In this document: positions 1-14,409 of the stretch, piece after piece
Layout: each line of letters begins with the position of its first letter
Position numbering within the stretch: the first letter of the stretch is position 1
Assembly (NCBI GenBank): GCA_951406725.2
Contig: OX597816.1
Span: forward strand, 134,354,001 to 134,418,000
Direction of reading: 5' to 3'
DNA length: 64,000 nucleotides
Source: Octopus vulgaris
Taxonomy: Eukaryota
Position numbers and translations under genes: made by a program
The notes under the pieces: model-generated
Databases searched by the model: none
Seen by the model: only the letters and a program-made list of their open reading frames with translations
What the model was told of the DNA's origin: nothing

Positions 1-3000
1 AAGGCACCACTCCCTCTGTGACTGCCATGGAACTTCAGGACTGGCCTCGTTCTTGGCATGTTGCTGTTGGCTTCGTCTTCTTGTCCATTACTGTTGGCTC
101 CATCCTCCATTGCAGTGATGATCCTGTGCACATCCAAAACATGTTGTGGCATGCTGTCTACAGACACATTGTTCCTCAAATTTACAGAGGTTATTGCCCT
201 CTTTCCCCACTGTGATGTGCATTGCGCATTTGGGGATTTAACCCAGACTTCTTCCCCAATCTGAACAAAGGCATGCTCTTTCTCTTCTGCAGGATGTGGT
301 GATGCGGTATATTGATATCCCCACTTGTACTCCTCAGCCTGTCCCATACTGGGCAACATATTATACCAAAAACGACCTCAACCGGTGAGATGTGGCCCCT
401 CTCTGCTATGGTCATGATGGTACGATGATGCCTCTCCACAACCTCTTTCCCACTTGGCCAGTATGCCGCCCTGAAGAAACAGCTGACATGCCACTTGTTG
501 AGTATTTCCTCCAGCACCTTCAACCAAAATGCAGTGCCATTGTCTATAAGCAGCTCATCCATGGGGCATCATTCTAGGAATATCTCATTCAGTATTCTTG
601 TAATTTCCTCCATGGTCCCCATCTTCATCTCCCTCCATATAGCCAACTGCCCTGGTCTGCAGTCGACCATCGAGATGTATGTCCCCTGCCGGTAGTGCAC
701 CACATCCGCTGCTAGTCATTTCCAGTTGTGTTCAACTGGAATGATTCCTGCCTCATGCACACCTGGAGTGGGGTCAATGGACTAGCACCTGTTGCAGCTC
801 CCAACTACTCTTTGCACACTCTGGTCATGTCAGAATCAACTTTCTTGGCTAGGAACAGGGTTCTGTCTACCCCCATGTGATGCAAGGTATGCGGTCTCTT
901 CAGCTCAGTCATTCAGTCAACACACTGCAGCCACTCCTTGCTCCAGATCCTCTGGCACCTGCAACCAGGCTTTCTTTACTCTGGTTAGGACATCTGCTCT
1001 ATTCCTCTCAGAGGGCACAAAAACCACACTCAGCCTTGGATCAAACTCAGTAGCTAGCTCGTCCAGAATTTCCAAACGGCGTTTTATCAGCATCTCTGTG
1101 CTCCCTTTGGTTCACACCCTCTGCTTGCCAGTAACCACTTATCCCACCCATCTAAGTACAGTGGCCGAATTGGTTTGGATCTCGATGGTATGCAGCCCCC
1201 ACCTCAGGATCAGGTTCAGCCCCTTCAATACAGCATCCAGTTCTGCCGCATTGATGTGGTTGCAGTCGTCCTTCTTCCTAAATCAGGCCACATCCTCCAC
1301 CACGACACCTCAAATTTCCAGGACAACTTCCATTGCTTTGCTGCTGGCATCACACCACATGATCCTATTCTTCAATTTGGGCACATACCTGTTTCCTCTT
1401 ACAGGGTCCTCCACAGTCACTCTCTCCAAGACTTTTTTCATCATGGTGGTTGTCTTTTCACCCACGTTATCACTCCACCTCACTCCTTCAGCTCGCCTCT
1501 TAATGAAGCTGCATGCTGTCCGGAGATATCCTGCAATTGGGTAGTATCCCAGCAGCTTCCCATACACAAAACAGTTCTTGCCTACTTCTCTTGGAGCCCA
1601 GTTCTGAGATCTCATTCCCTCTCCAAAACACCAATGTGCCAGCCTTGTTTCTCTGTAGCTTGAGTCCCAGTGCAGCTCCTCCTTCCATCGCCTCCGGCAG
1701 TTTGGCAGTTAGCCCAAAACTCTTTAGGTGGCTTATGACCTCCTTTGCTGACACTATGCTCTTGTCCACCAGGATGTCATCAATATTGGAATTGGTGGCT
1801 CTTTTCACTTTGTTGGCCTTTCCCAGGATGGTTTTGAGAATCGTCGCCATAATCTTCGTTACCGAATTTAGCCCAAATCCCAACCTGGTCAGGCAGTATG
1901 TCTGTCCCTTATACTTTACTAGCTGATATCTCCACAGTCTCTCAGCCACATGCAGCTGCAGGTATGCCGACTTCAAATTGACGATTGTGGAGGCCCCTGT
2001 CATCTGCCTCCACTCTCTCAAGGTGTCACTGCAAATGTCCATTGCTTTGCTGCCCATATGGCACAATATGTGGTTATTCAGCTCTCAGAAATCCAATACA
2101 GGCCTGACTTTATATTTCGTTGGCTGCACCACTGCCATCAGTGGTAGCGTTTCACTCTCCATTTCCTCCTTCCAAGGAATCAGAATACCTTCCTTGATCC
2201 ACTGGTCCACCTCTCCCTCGAACTCACTTCTATCATCCCCTTTCAGGTTATGCTGGTAGCAGCCTATTGTGTTTTTCAATGTCAGAGGATCTCCCTTCTA
2301 GTGCCATTCCACTGTTCACTGCCAGCCATCAAACACTGCTTGAAAATCTTTGTCTGTGAGGGTGTGTGCAGCATATATTTTCTTTGCAATTCACATCACT
2401 TTCCTGTCGCTGACTCACAGTGCATAGCATCCCCACATCACCGAACACTACACCAGCTTCATTGACCATGATACCTCCCAAATGGACGATGGTATCCATC
2501 CCCATCACCACATCGATTCCGTCCACTATGCAGTCGATCACAATCACACACAACCTCGATCTTGTTCCTCATACCACCATCTCCACATTGCTACCTCCTC
2601 TGCATTCAATTTCCATATCGTCAACAGCCCTTACACTACTCAATCCACTCCATTCTTCTACCACCTCCAGAGTCATTTGGGTTGTTGAACAGCTCGTGTC
2701 CACGAGGGCTCGTGACACCTTTCCATTCACCATGACTTCTACAACTGACAACGACTGTATATGCACCTCTATTCTTTTGATGGGACAACTAACGATGCAG
2801 TAGTCTCCCTTCCCCTGCATGCATTCACTAGTGACGTGGCCTATTTGTCTGCATCGATAGCAAATTACGCCAGGCCTGGGTTCCTTGCAGTCTTTCACCA
2901 TGTGTGAACCCTGACACCGAAAACACTGCCCTTTGAAGGGTTGCACACATTCCTTGTTTGACCCCTCTCCGCTGCTCTTTGTTTGACCCCTTCTTGTTGT

Positions 3001-3879
3001 TGCAGTCTCTGCTAAAGGTGTCATCCTGCAACATGAGATGATGGTTCTGGCCTGAGATATTACCTCTCCCATCGCCATGGAGTGAATATTTGGCAGCTTT
3101 TGCAGTTCCACTGACACATGGTCAGGAAATCCTGTCACAAAGGCTAACTTAACAGTTTGTTCCAATGCATCATCTCTATATCCCACGAGTCTAGCCAATC
3201 TCCTGATTTCGTTGGCAAACACATCAACCCGTTCACCCATCCACTTCGCTTTTTCCAGTCGATCATATGCCATAAATGGCCCTTCTGTGAAAGCCTCCAT
3301 CAGCCAGCCTTCTGTTTTTTCTGTGCTCAACTGGTCCTTCTCCTCCATTTCCAGGTATAGCGCCAACGCTGATCTATCAAGGTACAATGGTAGGAAACTC
3401 GCTAGGTCATCTATACCTTGAAGTCTTGCTACCAACTTAATTTTTTGCAGCCAAGTGGTGACATCTCCCTCGCCACAAAATGGCCTAACTGTCTCATTCG
3501 AAACATGGACGATACCCATCATTTTTTTTTTTTTTGAGCCGAAATAACTTGTGATGTGAAGGAAGAAGAAGATGGAAGCAAAGAGAGACTTGTGGTAGTC
3601 TTACCTGTCAGTCCGGAAAAGGGTCGCTTTCAACTTCCATGTGTTCTGTCTTGATCTGCAACATTTACTCAACGTCTATGTGTGCTATCCATCGCTGTAC
3701 AGTCTAACACGTCTGCTCTGATGTACTGTTTGCTGCCAACTGACTCCATACACCTCGCTGACCCTGCATGCCCACCGTGGCCCTTCTGGTGGGACCCACG
3801 GGTCTCACTTCCGACAGGATATGCCTACTCCCTCACTTCCGATCCTTCCCTACAGCACAGCCTGGCTCATAACACTACA
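1..3879 (-). mobile_element. Ty3/Gypsy LTR retrotransposon, frameshifted, 3' end outside the window
   Basis: Minus-strand order is gag with two CCHC knuckles (CFRCQGSHMVKDC, CYRCRQIGHVTSEC), protease (ALVDTSCS), RT (LKSAYLQL, NIDDILV), RNase H (WCDASSKA), integrase (LLIDNGTAF...VERHHRT). PR-RT-RH-IN order is Gypsy-type. Confidence 0.92.
3550..3879 (-). repeat. Putative 5' LTR (~330 bp) of the Gypsy element
   Basis: TG...CA ends with an imperfect terminal inverted repeat (TGTAGTGT / TGTGATGT), immediately upstream of the gag ATG (3522); the partner LTR is not in the window. Confidence 0.55.
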
Positions 3880-4026
3880 ATAGTGATATCAAAACTATGG
3901 CATATGAAGACTTAAGTGACTGTAGATGCGATCAGTTCATTCAGGTTGCTATAAAAGCTTATGACTTCAAGCCATACAAAATATAAAAGAAAATTCTTAC
4001 CAGCACTGTTCACATCCTTCAATGTG

Positions 4027-4242
4027 CTTTCTACTCTAGGCACAAGGCCCAAAATTTTTGTAGAGGTTGGGGGCCAGTCAATTAGATTGACCCCAGTATG
4101 CAACTGGTACTAAATTTATCAAACCCTGAAAGGATGGAAGGCAAAGTCGACCTTGGCAGGATTTGAACTTAGAACATAAAGACAGACAAAATACCACTAT
4201 GCACTTCACCTGGCATGCTAATGTTTCTGCCAGCTCGCTGCC
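4027..4242 (-). mobile_element. tRNA-derived SINE, family A (core ctttgcctttcatcctttcggggtcgataaattaagtaccag)
   Basis: Multicopy in this window; B-box-like gagttcaaat; central domain resembles the Meta/MESC SINE domain (from memory). Confidence 0.8.
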
Positions 4243-5282
4243 TTTGACTCAAAACTATATTGTAGCATGTAACCTGTTGAATGTTACATTTTTGTACCTT
4301 TACTGTGTCAAATTATTTTTTTGCAAATATAATGTATGATATTCTTGTTATAGTTTCACTTGTCCTCTGTCTCTGTACAATGGCTATAAATGAAATTATA
4401 ACAAACTAGTGGGTCCTGTGAATATTTCATGGAATTAGTGATAAACTTATTGGGTTATTTCTGAAAACTTTATCCAAAAAACCTGAAAGTATAGCCTGTG
4501 TTGTGTCTGTATCAAAAGATAGTCACTCTTCTGCTTATCATTGAAAAGTGAAGGAAATTGGACTACAATGATTACTTTATGCACTTTTTATATACACTTT
4601 ATATACCTTGTGCACAATTTTATAGACTTAATACACAACACTCTCACTCTTCCCCTTACTCTCTTTTTCTCTCTCCTTTTTCTTTCACTCTTCACCTTTC
4701 TCCATCAACTAATCATGTGAAAGTGTAATAGATGGGCTGAGTAACAGAGAAAAAAACTTAATTCAAAAAAGAGAATTACACATTTCACTCAACACCACCT
4801 CTCAGTCTCCCTCCCCATTTCTCCCATCCCTCCTCCTTCAACCGATCATGTGGAAACATTACTGAAGGGCTAAGTAATCGAGGAACAAGCAGAATTATTA
4901 TAAAATGTTTCTATCTTAGGTACAAAGCCACAAATTTTGGCAGTGGGGGTATGGTTGGTTATATCAGCCTCACTAATTGACAGGTAGTTATTCTTCAACC
5001 ACAGAAGAGTGTGGAAGATAATGTTAAAGGCTTAAGGCCTCACAACGATGAAGTAAATGGAATGTTGTGTTTATTTTTCCCAAGTGCATTAGCAACATAA
5101 ATGATATGAAATAGTTTCAACCAGGAATAAAAATCAGGTTATGCACTTAGCTCAGATTTATTCAACAGCATAAATATAGTTGCATAGAAATACAAGTGTC
5201 TATTTTTATCCCTTTAGTATTCAAAATAATGGTTTTAAAACAGCTTTTCAAAATGAATAATTTTGCCTTTTTGTTATTGCAG

Positions 5283-5342
5283 TTGGTACATCTTAGAAGT
5301 CGCCTAATTGACAGTTGTTGGGAAGCATCAGTTATTTCAAAA
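5283..5342 (+). CDS. CCDC162-like exon (LVHLRSRLIDSCWEASVISK)
   Basis: ttgcAG acceptor, GTAAGT donor, 60 nt, phase 0/0. Confidence 0.8.
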
Positions 5343-8300
5343 GTAAGTTTCTAGTAGATTTCTGTATGCAAAAAAAAGTACAAAACTATTCTTTTTTTAT
5401 ATTTTTAAGATATATTTTTGTGCAAGGGAATACAGTTAATGTGAAGAATGCAAAATTGTTTTTATTATGTTAATAAAATGTGTATGCAGTTTTGAATGTA
5501 TAACTAACATTTAATAATATGATATTTAATATTTGAATGATATATCAAGCTAAAATTTGAGCAATATTCTACTTAATTACTAATTGTTGCTTAGAATATT
5601 TACCTACTATATGAGTGGGGATGCATAGTTGAAGACTGAATAAGATATGCAACTAAAGACTAAAGTAAAAAACCAAACTTATTATGTTTATTTAAGGTTT
5701 CTGTAAAATGTATAACTAAAGTATGAATTAGATGTGTAACTATGTAACCAAATATTGATTTGTAATGTTGACAAAAGGCTACACAGCTTCAAGAAGGTAC
5801 ATTCAATTAACTTGACCTTTGTACTTGACTAGTATATAATTTTATCAAGTTTGGAAGATTGAAAGTTGATCATGGTGGAATTCAAACTGAGAATGTAAAA
5901 GGCCATAATCTAAATACAACTTGGCATTCTATCTAACACTTTGACAATTCAGCTAATCTATCACTCTCCAGCGTAACCAAGTATTAATATGCTAAACAGC
6001 CATGCCTATGCCAATATACTTAATATGTAGGGCAGTCGTGGCCATGTGGTCAAGAATTTTGTTTCATGGCTACATGGTTTGGGGCTCAATTTCACTGCAT
6101 GATGCCTTGAGTATGTATTTTCTACTACAGTCCCAGGTTAATCAGTGCCTTGTAATTGAAATTTGGTAGACAGAAATTGTTCTGAATCTGTGTGTGTGTG
6201 TGTGTGTGTGTGTGTTAGGTCAAGCATATATCTGTCTAATGGCCAGACTAAGCTGACAACCCCACAAGTGAGGAGGGTGTGTAAACAACCAGCAGGACCC
6301 AAAACAAAACCTGTCAAAAGGGCAGAGTCCTTTGTGGACCAACTGACACACACTGCAATTGTGTCCATCTCCACTTGTCAAGGAGTGCAGAACAACCAAT
6401 CTGTTGTTTCTAGAGAAGGTTCACTTAATTATGCTGCACACTCACTGGTTGTGATTCAGTTGTACAAGCAGGCCAAGCCTGTATCTTCTCAATTTGACCA
6501 GAGGAACATTGTCTTCTGGTTTTGTCAGTTGTTTTGTTCATGATATTATCCAGACAATGAATGTCCAAAAAGTGAAATTTGTTCAGTGTACATTACATCC
6601 TCTATAAATATTTTCACCAGCACAGGTACCTTTTGGTTAGCTTGTCGAGTAACCAAAGCAATCCCATTTTCTTTTAGTCCACTTAAATACTGTTGGGATT
6701 GATATCAGTTTTCTATTTCCAAGATTTAAAAACTTCTTCAGACTGCAAATGGGCAGCAGTTGGAGTATTACAACTCATCTGTAAAAATGAAACACTGCCA
6801 CTTTTGTTAGTTTCATCATGCAAAAGGTGTAGTATTAGCAGGAGTGGCTGTGAATCTCTGGTTCCTGCATCCTTCATTGTGGTGGTCTTGGTCATCTTTG
6901 AAAACAAAGAACAGACTACAATCAATAAAAAACAATGATGATGGTGGTGGTGGTGGTGGTGGTGGCAGCTGTTGTTGCTGTGTATTACCTAAAATTGAAA
7001 ATTAAGTCAGAGGTTCTATCTTGATTGTAGTAACTTTACTTACTTTTAGAATTTGAGAAATATTTGTCAAAATTTAATTCTAACTATATTAACTAAAATT
7101 TAATTATTTAATAATTTGACAATTTAATTATGCAATTATCTAATGATGCTGAAGTAGCTTTTGATGGAACTTGATACTCAACTCAAAATCTTCCCCAATA
7201 TTTATCAAATTGTTTAATTAATAGCAATTACACTAAAAATATGATGGTACTTAATCAGTGCAGTCAGTACAGTGTAGTCTAAATACTTCAATGTTTGCTT
7301 TTGATCACTTTCAGTCTATGATAGACATGTTACAAACACCTTGTTACTGCAAATGAACCAAGCATTGCAGGTTTACCATAACCATAATTTTAATTCACAG
7401 AAAGTATTTCTGCTGCTTCACTTGACAAAACTGAAATCATATGATTAGCTGGAAGCTGTTTATTTTATACTGAATTATTTAAAACTAGTAAAGTGGGTAA
7501 TAGGAAGCTGGATTTTCTCATATTGATTTGTGAGTTCAAACTTTCTTCTAGCATTTTATTGTTTCTAGACCAAAAACTTTAGTTTACATTACTTAAATTC
7601 ATCTAATCACCTGGAAAACCATTTAAGAATGTTCAGTCACAGATCAACTCCTACCAGATGTGGCTCAATCTAGCATTGACTTTAGACTCTGCATCACATA
7701 CTCTAGATAAAATTTCTGTTGCATACATTTGTGTGTTCATTCACCTATCAAGCCTAAAAAAAATATCCATTTAACTGATTAGTAGATATTTTTTCTCCAA
7801 CATGTTTCAACCAATAGTTGCATAGTTTCCTTCGGCTGTCTCATTTTACCACTATAAAAAATTCTGCTCCTCTGATTTAGCAATCTACATATCTCAAATC
7901 ACTTAACCTTTCCTCTTCATCCTTACTGTATCACTTCTGCAAAATCACTTCAATCACTTTACTCATTCATTTCTTGCCAGATTTGAATCTCTTGGAATTC
8001 TTTTCCAGCCTGAAAATTCCTTACTGACTACAACTTGCTATTATGCAAGCTGAATGAACATAATTTTACCAGTCTGCTGAGTTTTTAAAGCTTCTAGCCA
8101 CTGTCCTTCCTCCTCAAACTAAATATCCCAAAATAAACCCTGTACAGCCCTCATTAATCATTTGTCAATCCCCAGTTTCCACATTGCCCACCAGATAAGG
8201 GATCGGGGAACCCTGTGAAAGGTTTTCTCTAAATCCACAAAAGCCTTTATCTTTGGCTAGGTATTTCTCCTACAGTTGCCATACCAGGAATATAGTATCA

Positions 8301-11300
8301 GTGGTGCTTCTACCTGGCACAAAACCAAACTGCATCTCATCTAAGTTGACTCTCTCCCTAATTAGTTGGGCTATGACCCTCTCTGTGACCTTCATCATCT
8401 GATCCAGCATTTTGATACTCCTGTAATTATTTCTATCTAAAGTATCACCTTTACCTTTGTAGCAGTTGACTATGGTGCTGCTATGTCAGTCATTTGGTAT
8501 GATGCTATCATGAACTACCTGGTTTACAATAAGGGTGACTAGGCCGTAGCCCACACCACCAGATGTTTTAAGCATCTCAGCGGTGATTCCTGCGGGGCTG
8601 GAGGCTTTTCTTGGCTTCATATCTTTAATTGCTTTATCTGCCAGAATGCTTTCTATTCGGATAGCTGGTCCCTCTACTGGATCAACATTTGGCAGGCTCT
8701 CCTCCTCCCATTCATTCTCCACATTCAGCAGTCTTTCATAATGGCCCCTCCAAGCATCTTTCTTTTCAGAATTATTAAAAGCAAGTGCACCATCATCCAT
8801 GCAGACACATTTCTCTCCTGTGACAACACAATTATCTCTCACACACTTTCTTGCAATCCGGAATACCTCAGTTCTTTAGTCCTCACGTTGCTGGACATTG
8901 GCAAACTTCTTTTCTGCTTCACCCTAGGCTATATATACCTGTCGCCCAGCCTCCCTCATAGCTATCTTCTACAGTTCCCTGCTACCTCCACCTTCCAGGC
9001 TTTCCAGGCCTCTCTCTTTGCTCTGATGGCTTTGTCTACTGTATTATTCCACCACTACGTTACTCTGGAAGGGACTTTGCACCATCTTCAGATTTGGTCT
9101 GTGGCACTCAGTAAGCTGCCCTGTAAAAATTTCCAGCTACCTTCTATGTCTGAGGACTGTAGTTCCTCCTCCCTCTCATCAAACTTCTTGATGAGTATGC
9201 CCCTAAATCTCTGACCATGTAAAGGGTTCTTTAGCTTCCAAATCCTTCTCTTTTGGAACGGCCTGCTTCTTGGCATCCTTCTGGTCTTGAGTCTAAAGTC
9301 ACTAATGACTAGTCTATGCTGGGGGGTGCATTCCTCACCTGGGAGGGTCTTTGTATTTAAGAGCAACCCTGCGCCCCGCTGTCTGATGAGGATGAAATCA
9401 ATCTGGCTAGCAGAAACCCCAGATTGATAGGCTATCAGGTAGCTGTGTGGCTTCCTGAAGTTAGTGTTGCAGATTAAAAGGTTATATGCATCACAGAACT
9501 CTAGTAGCCTAGTTCCCTCATCATTCCGGGAACCAATATCATGGTCCCTGTGTACACCAGTGAAGATACCGGATTCCACCCAATTTGCTCATTAAAATCT
9601 CCAGCCACAAAGATGAGGTCATTGCCACTCGTCTTTGAGGTAGCCTGTAGAAAGGTATCATAAAAATGGTCCTTCAGATTATTTGGTAACCCTGCTTGTG
9701 CAGCGTAGGCAGAGATAATTGTCGTTGTGCTGTTCTACAGGTCTAGCCTGAGATTAAGCACTCTATCGCATACCCTGACAACCTCTATGATCTTATTCAC
9801 CCATTTCTCCGCAAGGAGTATGCCTACACCCCATACTCCATCCATGTTACCTTGCCAGAAGACTTTATACCTATGTGCCTTGCTTGTGAGGACCCTAGCT
9901 GAAGCTCCTCTCCATCTTACCTCTTGTATGCAGCATATGTCAACCCATCTCCTTTCAAGCATCTCTACAATCTCACTAGACCTACCTTTCAATGTGCCTA
10001 CATTGACAGTGCCAACTCTGAAAACTGGGAAGAGAAGATGGGTGGGGTGAGGTTTGCGGAGGAGAGATGTTATTCAGCACCTGAAAAGAAGAGGGAGGTT
10101 GTTGTGTTCGTTTTTTAGGCATGCTTCACCTGTTCTCACTTCCGACCTGACAACATTCAAGCATTCAGGTATGTTAAGATTGTTGCCCCTACTGGAGGTA
10201 GGAGCAGGTGTTAGCGTAAGCATAAGCATTATGGTCATCGAATAATGAAAATTTAAGTGGTGTAGCAAAATATGGATATTCAAATGTTAGATTAGGTGGG
10301 GAGTCAGCTAAAACTGGTTGTGTTTGTCCAGGAAGAGGGGGATTGCAGGTATGATGGAAGGTACCACCAGCGGAGGAGGGTTCAGACAGAGAGAGAGGAA
10401 ACAAGCTCATCCCTATATGCACACCTACACACTGGAACAATCACACATGGACAGCCGAATAACTTTCTGCTTCACTTGATAAGGCCAAGGAAAATTTCTG
10501 GGTAGTTGTTGGCATGTTTCTAGATGGAACGAAAACGAAACAAAAAATAGTCTGTTAAGCAGGTGGGCAGATAACCTGGTTGCATTTGTCCCAATAGAGA
10601 GAGAGAGAAAAAGAGAGGGAGAGAAGAAGAGAGAGTGCAGGTAATATAAGGAACAGCACCAGTGAGGAGGGGGAATTGAGAGAAGAGATATCTGGTAATG
10701 GTGGTGACAGAACTAAACGAAAGATAGCCTGTTAAGTAGGTAGGTGGGTGGGCAGCTGGGCTAGTTGCATTTGTCCCAGGAGAGAGAGAAAGAGTGCAGG
10801 TAATATATAGAGAACAGCCTAGTGAGGAGGAGGAGTTGGGAGAATAGACATCATGTAATGGTGGTGGGAAGAGAGAGAGATATCCAGTGTAGATGGTGGG
10901 AAGATAGAGATATCCAGTATTGGTGGTGAGGATGGGAAAGGGCGGGCACACTGCGAACAAACAAAGTTTAGTTAGGGGACATAGTAAGAAGGATGAAAAT
11001 AATGGTAATAAATTAAATTAAACAGACCAAGAAACAAGTAATTATCTTAATGAAATTACACGAGAGACAAAATCAATAATTCATATATATATATGTAATT
11101 CATCTACAAAATCAAACTTTCTGTCTTCTATATTTATCATTCAAATTCATCATCAAACAATGTTCTACTAGTATTCTAAAAATATAAATATTTTATGGTT
11201 CTTTTTTTTTCTTTCAGTTGTACACAAGCCAGGCTGAAGCACTAGGTCTTGATGAATGCCATTTACATATGCGCAGTATTTATTTTGACCAAGCTAGTTA

Positions 11301-14300
11301 CAAAGAAGATGCTGGTAGACCCCCACCCGGTTATCTTCATGCTTCTATTGATGATTCAGTTGACAGGTAATGAATTAGTTTATTAACTGATAGTAATATG
11401 TTGGAGTGGCTAAACCAACAGAACTGGCAAAGTATGAAGCAAATTTTCAGTCTTCAGAACCTCACACTGAATGCCTTGCTGTATTAGATTCATCATTTGC
11501 ACACTGAGTTCAAATCCTACCATGGTCAACTTTGCCTTTCATCTTTTCAGCCTTGATAAAACAAGTACTAATCCAGAGCAGAAAACTGGCTGAAATATAA
11601 GAGCATTGGCCCAGATGTCTTGCAATAATTTGTTCCACTTCTTTTGCATTCTGAGTTCAAATCCTGCCATGGCCTACTTTGATGGGAATGAAATTAATGA
11701 TATTCTTAAATTTAAATAAATTTAATATAAATTATAAAATTAACAAATTAGGTAATAGACTTATGGCTCATTACTAACAACATTAACTACAATAATAATA
11801 AGTGTAGTAGAAATAGCAATACTAGAGAGAGGAATGGTAATAACAGTGAAAAACATACTTACGGTAACCTGATACTAAGCATTAATACTACCACTCACTA
11901 TTGATCTATGTCTGCACACTGCTAAAATTCTGTGGACAGCTAGTCATTTTGTTTTTAACCACAAAGAGTTGAAAAGGTCAGGATCTAGGCATTTTTTGGA
12001 ACAATGACAACACCACATGTATTTTGGATGGACTTGTATTTTATCTGAACAATGTGGTTGAGTTCACCCTGAAGAAGTGGCAACTAACAATAAGTGCACA
12101 TAATGATGCAAATTTTGCAGTGTGCCTTAGTTAATTACTGCAGAAACATCTGTAAGTGCAGAAATATAAAAAAGGAATTAAATGCTGAATAAAACTAGAT
12201 ATAAATCTCTGTTCTCCTTTATTATAAGTTCATTATTTTCTCTACCAAAAACGTGCAGTCTCTATAGAGACATATAGATTTATCAATGTGAAGATAGACT
12301 GAGGTTAATAAATCAAACTAACTGGAGTTTTTATACACACACAGAGGTTAGCCATCATTAATAACAGGTAAATGTGACTACAGTACCCATTTGGATTCCA
12401 TATCCCTACCAACCAAAATTTGGAAATTCACTTTAATAACATATATATATATATATATATCATCATCCTCATCATCATCATCATTGTCGTTTAACGTCCA
12501 CTTTCCATGCTGACATGGGTTGGACAGTTTGACTCAGGGCTGACAAGCCAGAAGGCTGCACCAGGCTCCAATCTAATCTGGCAGAGTTTCTACAGCTGGA
12601 TGCCCTTCCTAATGCCAACCACTCTGAGAGTGTAGTGGGTGCTTTTTACACGCCACTGGCACAAGGGCCAGTAAGGTGGTACTGGCATCAACCACGCTTG
12701 AATGGTGCTTTTTATGTGCCACTGGCACAGGACCAGTTAGGTTGTACTGGCATCGAACACACTTGAATGGTGCTTTTTACATGGCACTGGCACAAATGCC
12801 AATCAGGCGGTACTGTCATTGGTCATATATATTGTCTGAATTTTATAGTGTCAATTATCCATCACGGCTGGCCTTATCAATCGGTTTTGCGTGAAATTAT
12901 ATATTGGAGTGTTAGGCAACAAACCAGTTATATAATATATGCTCATCAAAGATAGCTGACATGGAAGGGGAAAAAGCGATTGCTCTCCACTGTTGCAGGT
13001 GGAAATGAGCACAACCAGTGGGCGTTTCCTGTGTAAAGGTGGTAGGATGAAAAAAGTTCCCGGCAAGTCAGTTATGAGTCAGTTAAATTTGCTGCTGAGT
13101 TGGCAAAAGGAAACTTTGAAGTGGGGAAAAGTTGTATTAAAATTGTGCCCCCGTAAATGGGCAATGCAATATGAAAAAGTTGCCTACAAGGCAGAAGTAA
13201 CAGCAACAGGACCCAATGGACAATTGAGCTTGTGGAAGTACGTGGGGGCAACAGAAGGCCAATTTAGAACCCACTTTAGCAACCACAAGTCCTCTTTTAA
13301 CATCCCAGAGAGACAGAACACCACAACCCTAGCCAAGCATGTCTGGGCTTTAAAAGAAAAGCACCACAGAATAAAGCATCAAGAGGAAGATCATAGAAAG
13401 ATGCAAACCGTACTTCAACAATAGCAGGAAGTGTGGATTATGCCTGGACAAGAAGAGGGTGTTTTTAAAAGGCACCCAACGCCTGGATATTTACCTCAAT
13501 AGCAGGAGTGAGGTGTTTAATCCTTGTCTACTTGAAAGAAAATACATTTTGTTATACATGCGTGACCCACCATGAATGTAACCACGGGTCCCCTGCCTTG
13601 TCATTCAGCAATTAACCTTCCACCAAGGCCCTTGGGGGTTGGCATAAAGAGATTGACCAAGACACACACCAAAATACCCATCTACACAAATACACATACA
13701 CACCCATAAGACAGACACCCCGCAGATAAACACCCCTCACCAACCCCAGCACATACTCCCTCATGCATATACAAAACGAACCAACACACACACTATACAT
13801 TACATACCATACACACTACACCTTATGCATCACATTATACGTCATATATTACATCACATTACACATTACACATCACACAGTAATATATAAAAAAACGCAC
13901 AACTTTATCCTTTACATGCACCACGCACCCCACTCCCACAGAGAAACCACACAATTTTAATACAACCTTTCTCCACTTCAAAATTTCCTTTTGTGAACTC
14001 AACTGCAAACTTAACCAAGGGACATAACTCGTAACTGACTTGCCTGGAACTTTTTTTCATCCTACCACCTTTGCACAGTCGATGCCAACTGGTTGTACTC
14101 ATTTCCACCTCTAATAGTGGAGAGTGGTCGCCTTTTCCCCTTCCATATCAGCTATCTCTGACGAGCATATATTATATAACTGGTTTGTTGCCTAACATTC
14201 CATTATATAATTTCATGCGAAACCGATTGATAAGACCAGCTGTGATGGATAATTAACACTATAAAAGTCAGACTATCTACCCGCTCTACTAACAGTTATA

Positions 14301-14347
14301 TGAATACATCTTCTCCCTAACTTATGGTCTCTTAGACGACTCAAGCA

Positions 14348-14409
<62 letters not shown>

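Noticed and set aside
792-1544. 250-aa plus-strand ORF and neighbouring plus-strand ORFs
   Set aside because: Antisense shadows of the Gypsy pol region; no independent motifs.
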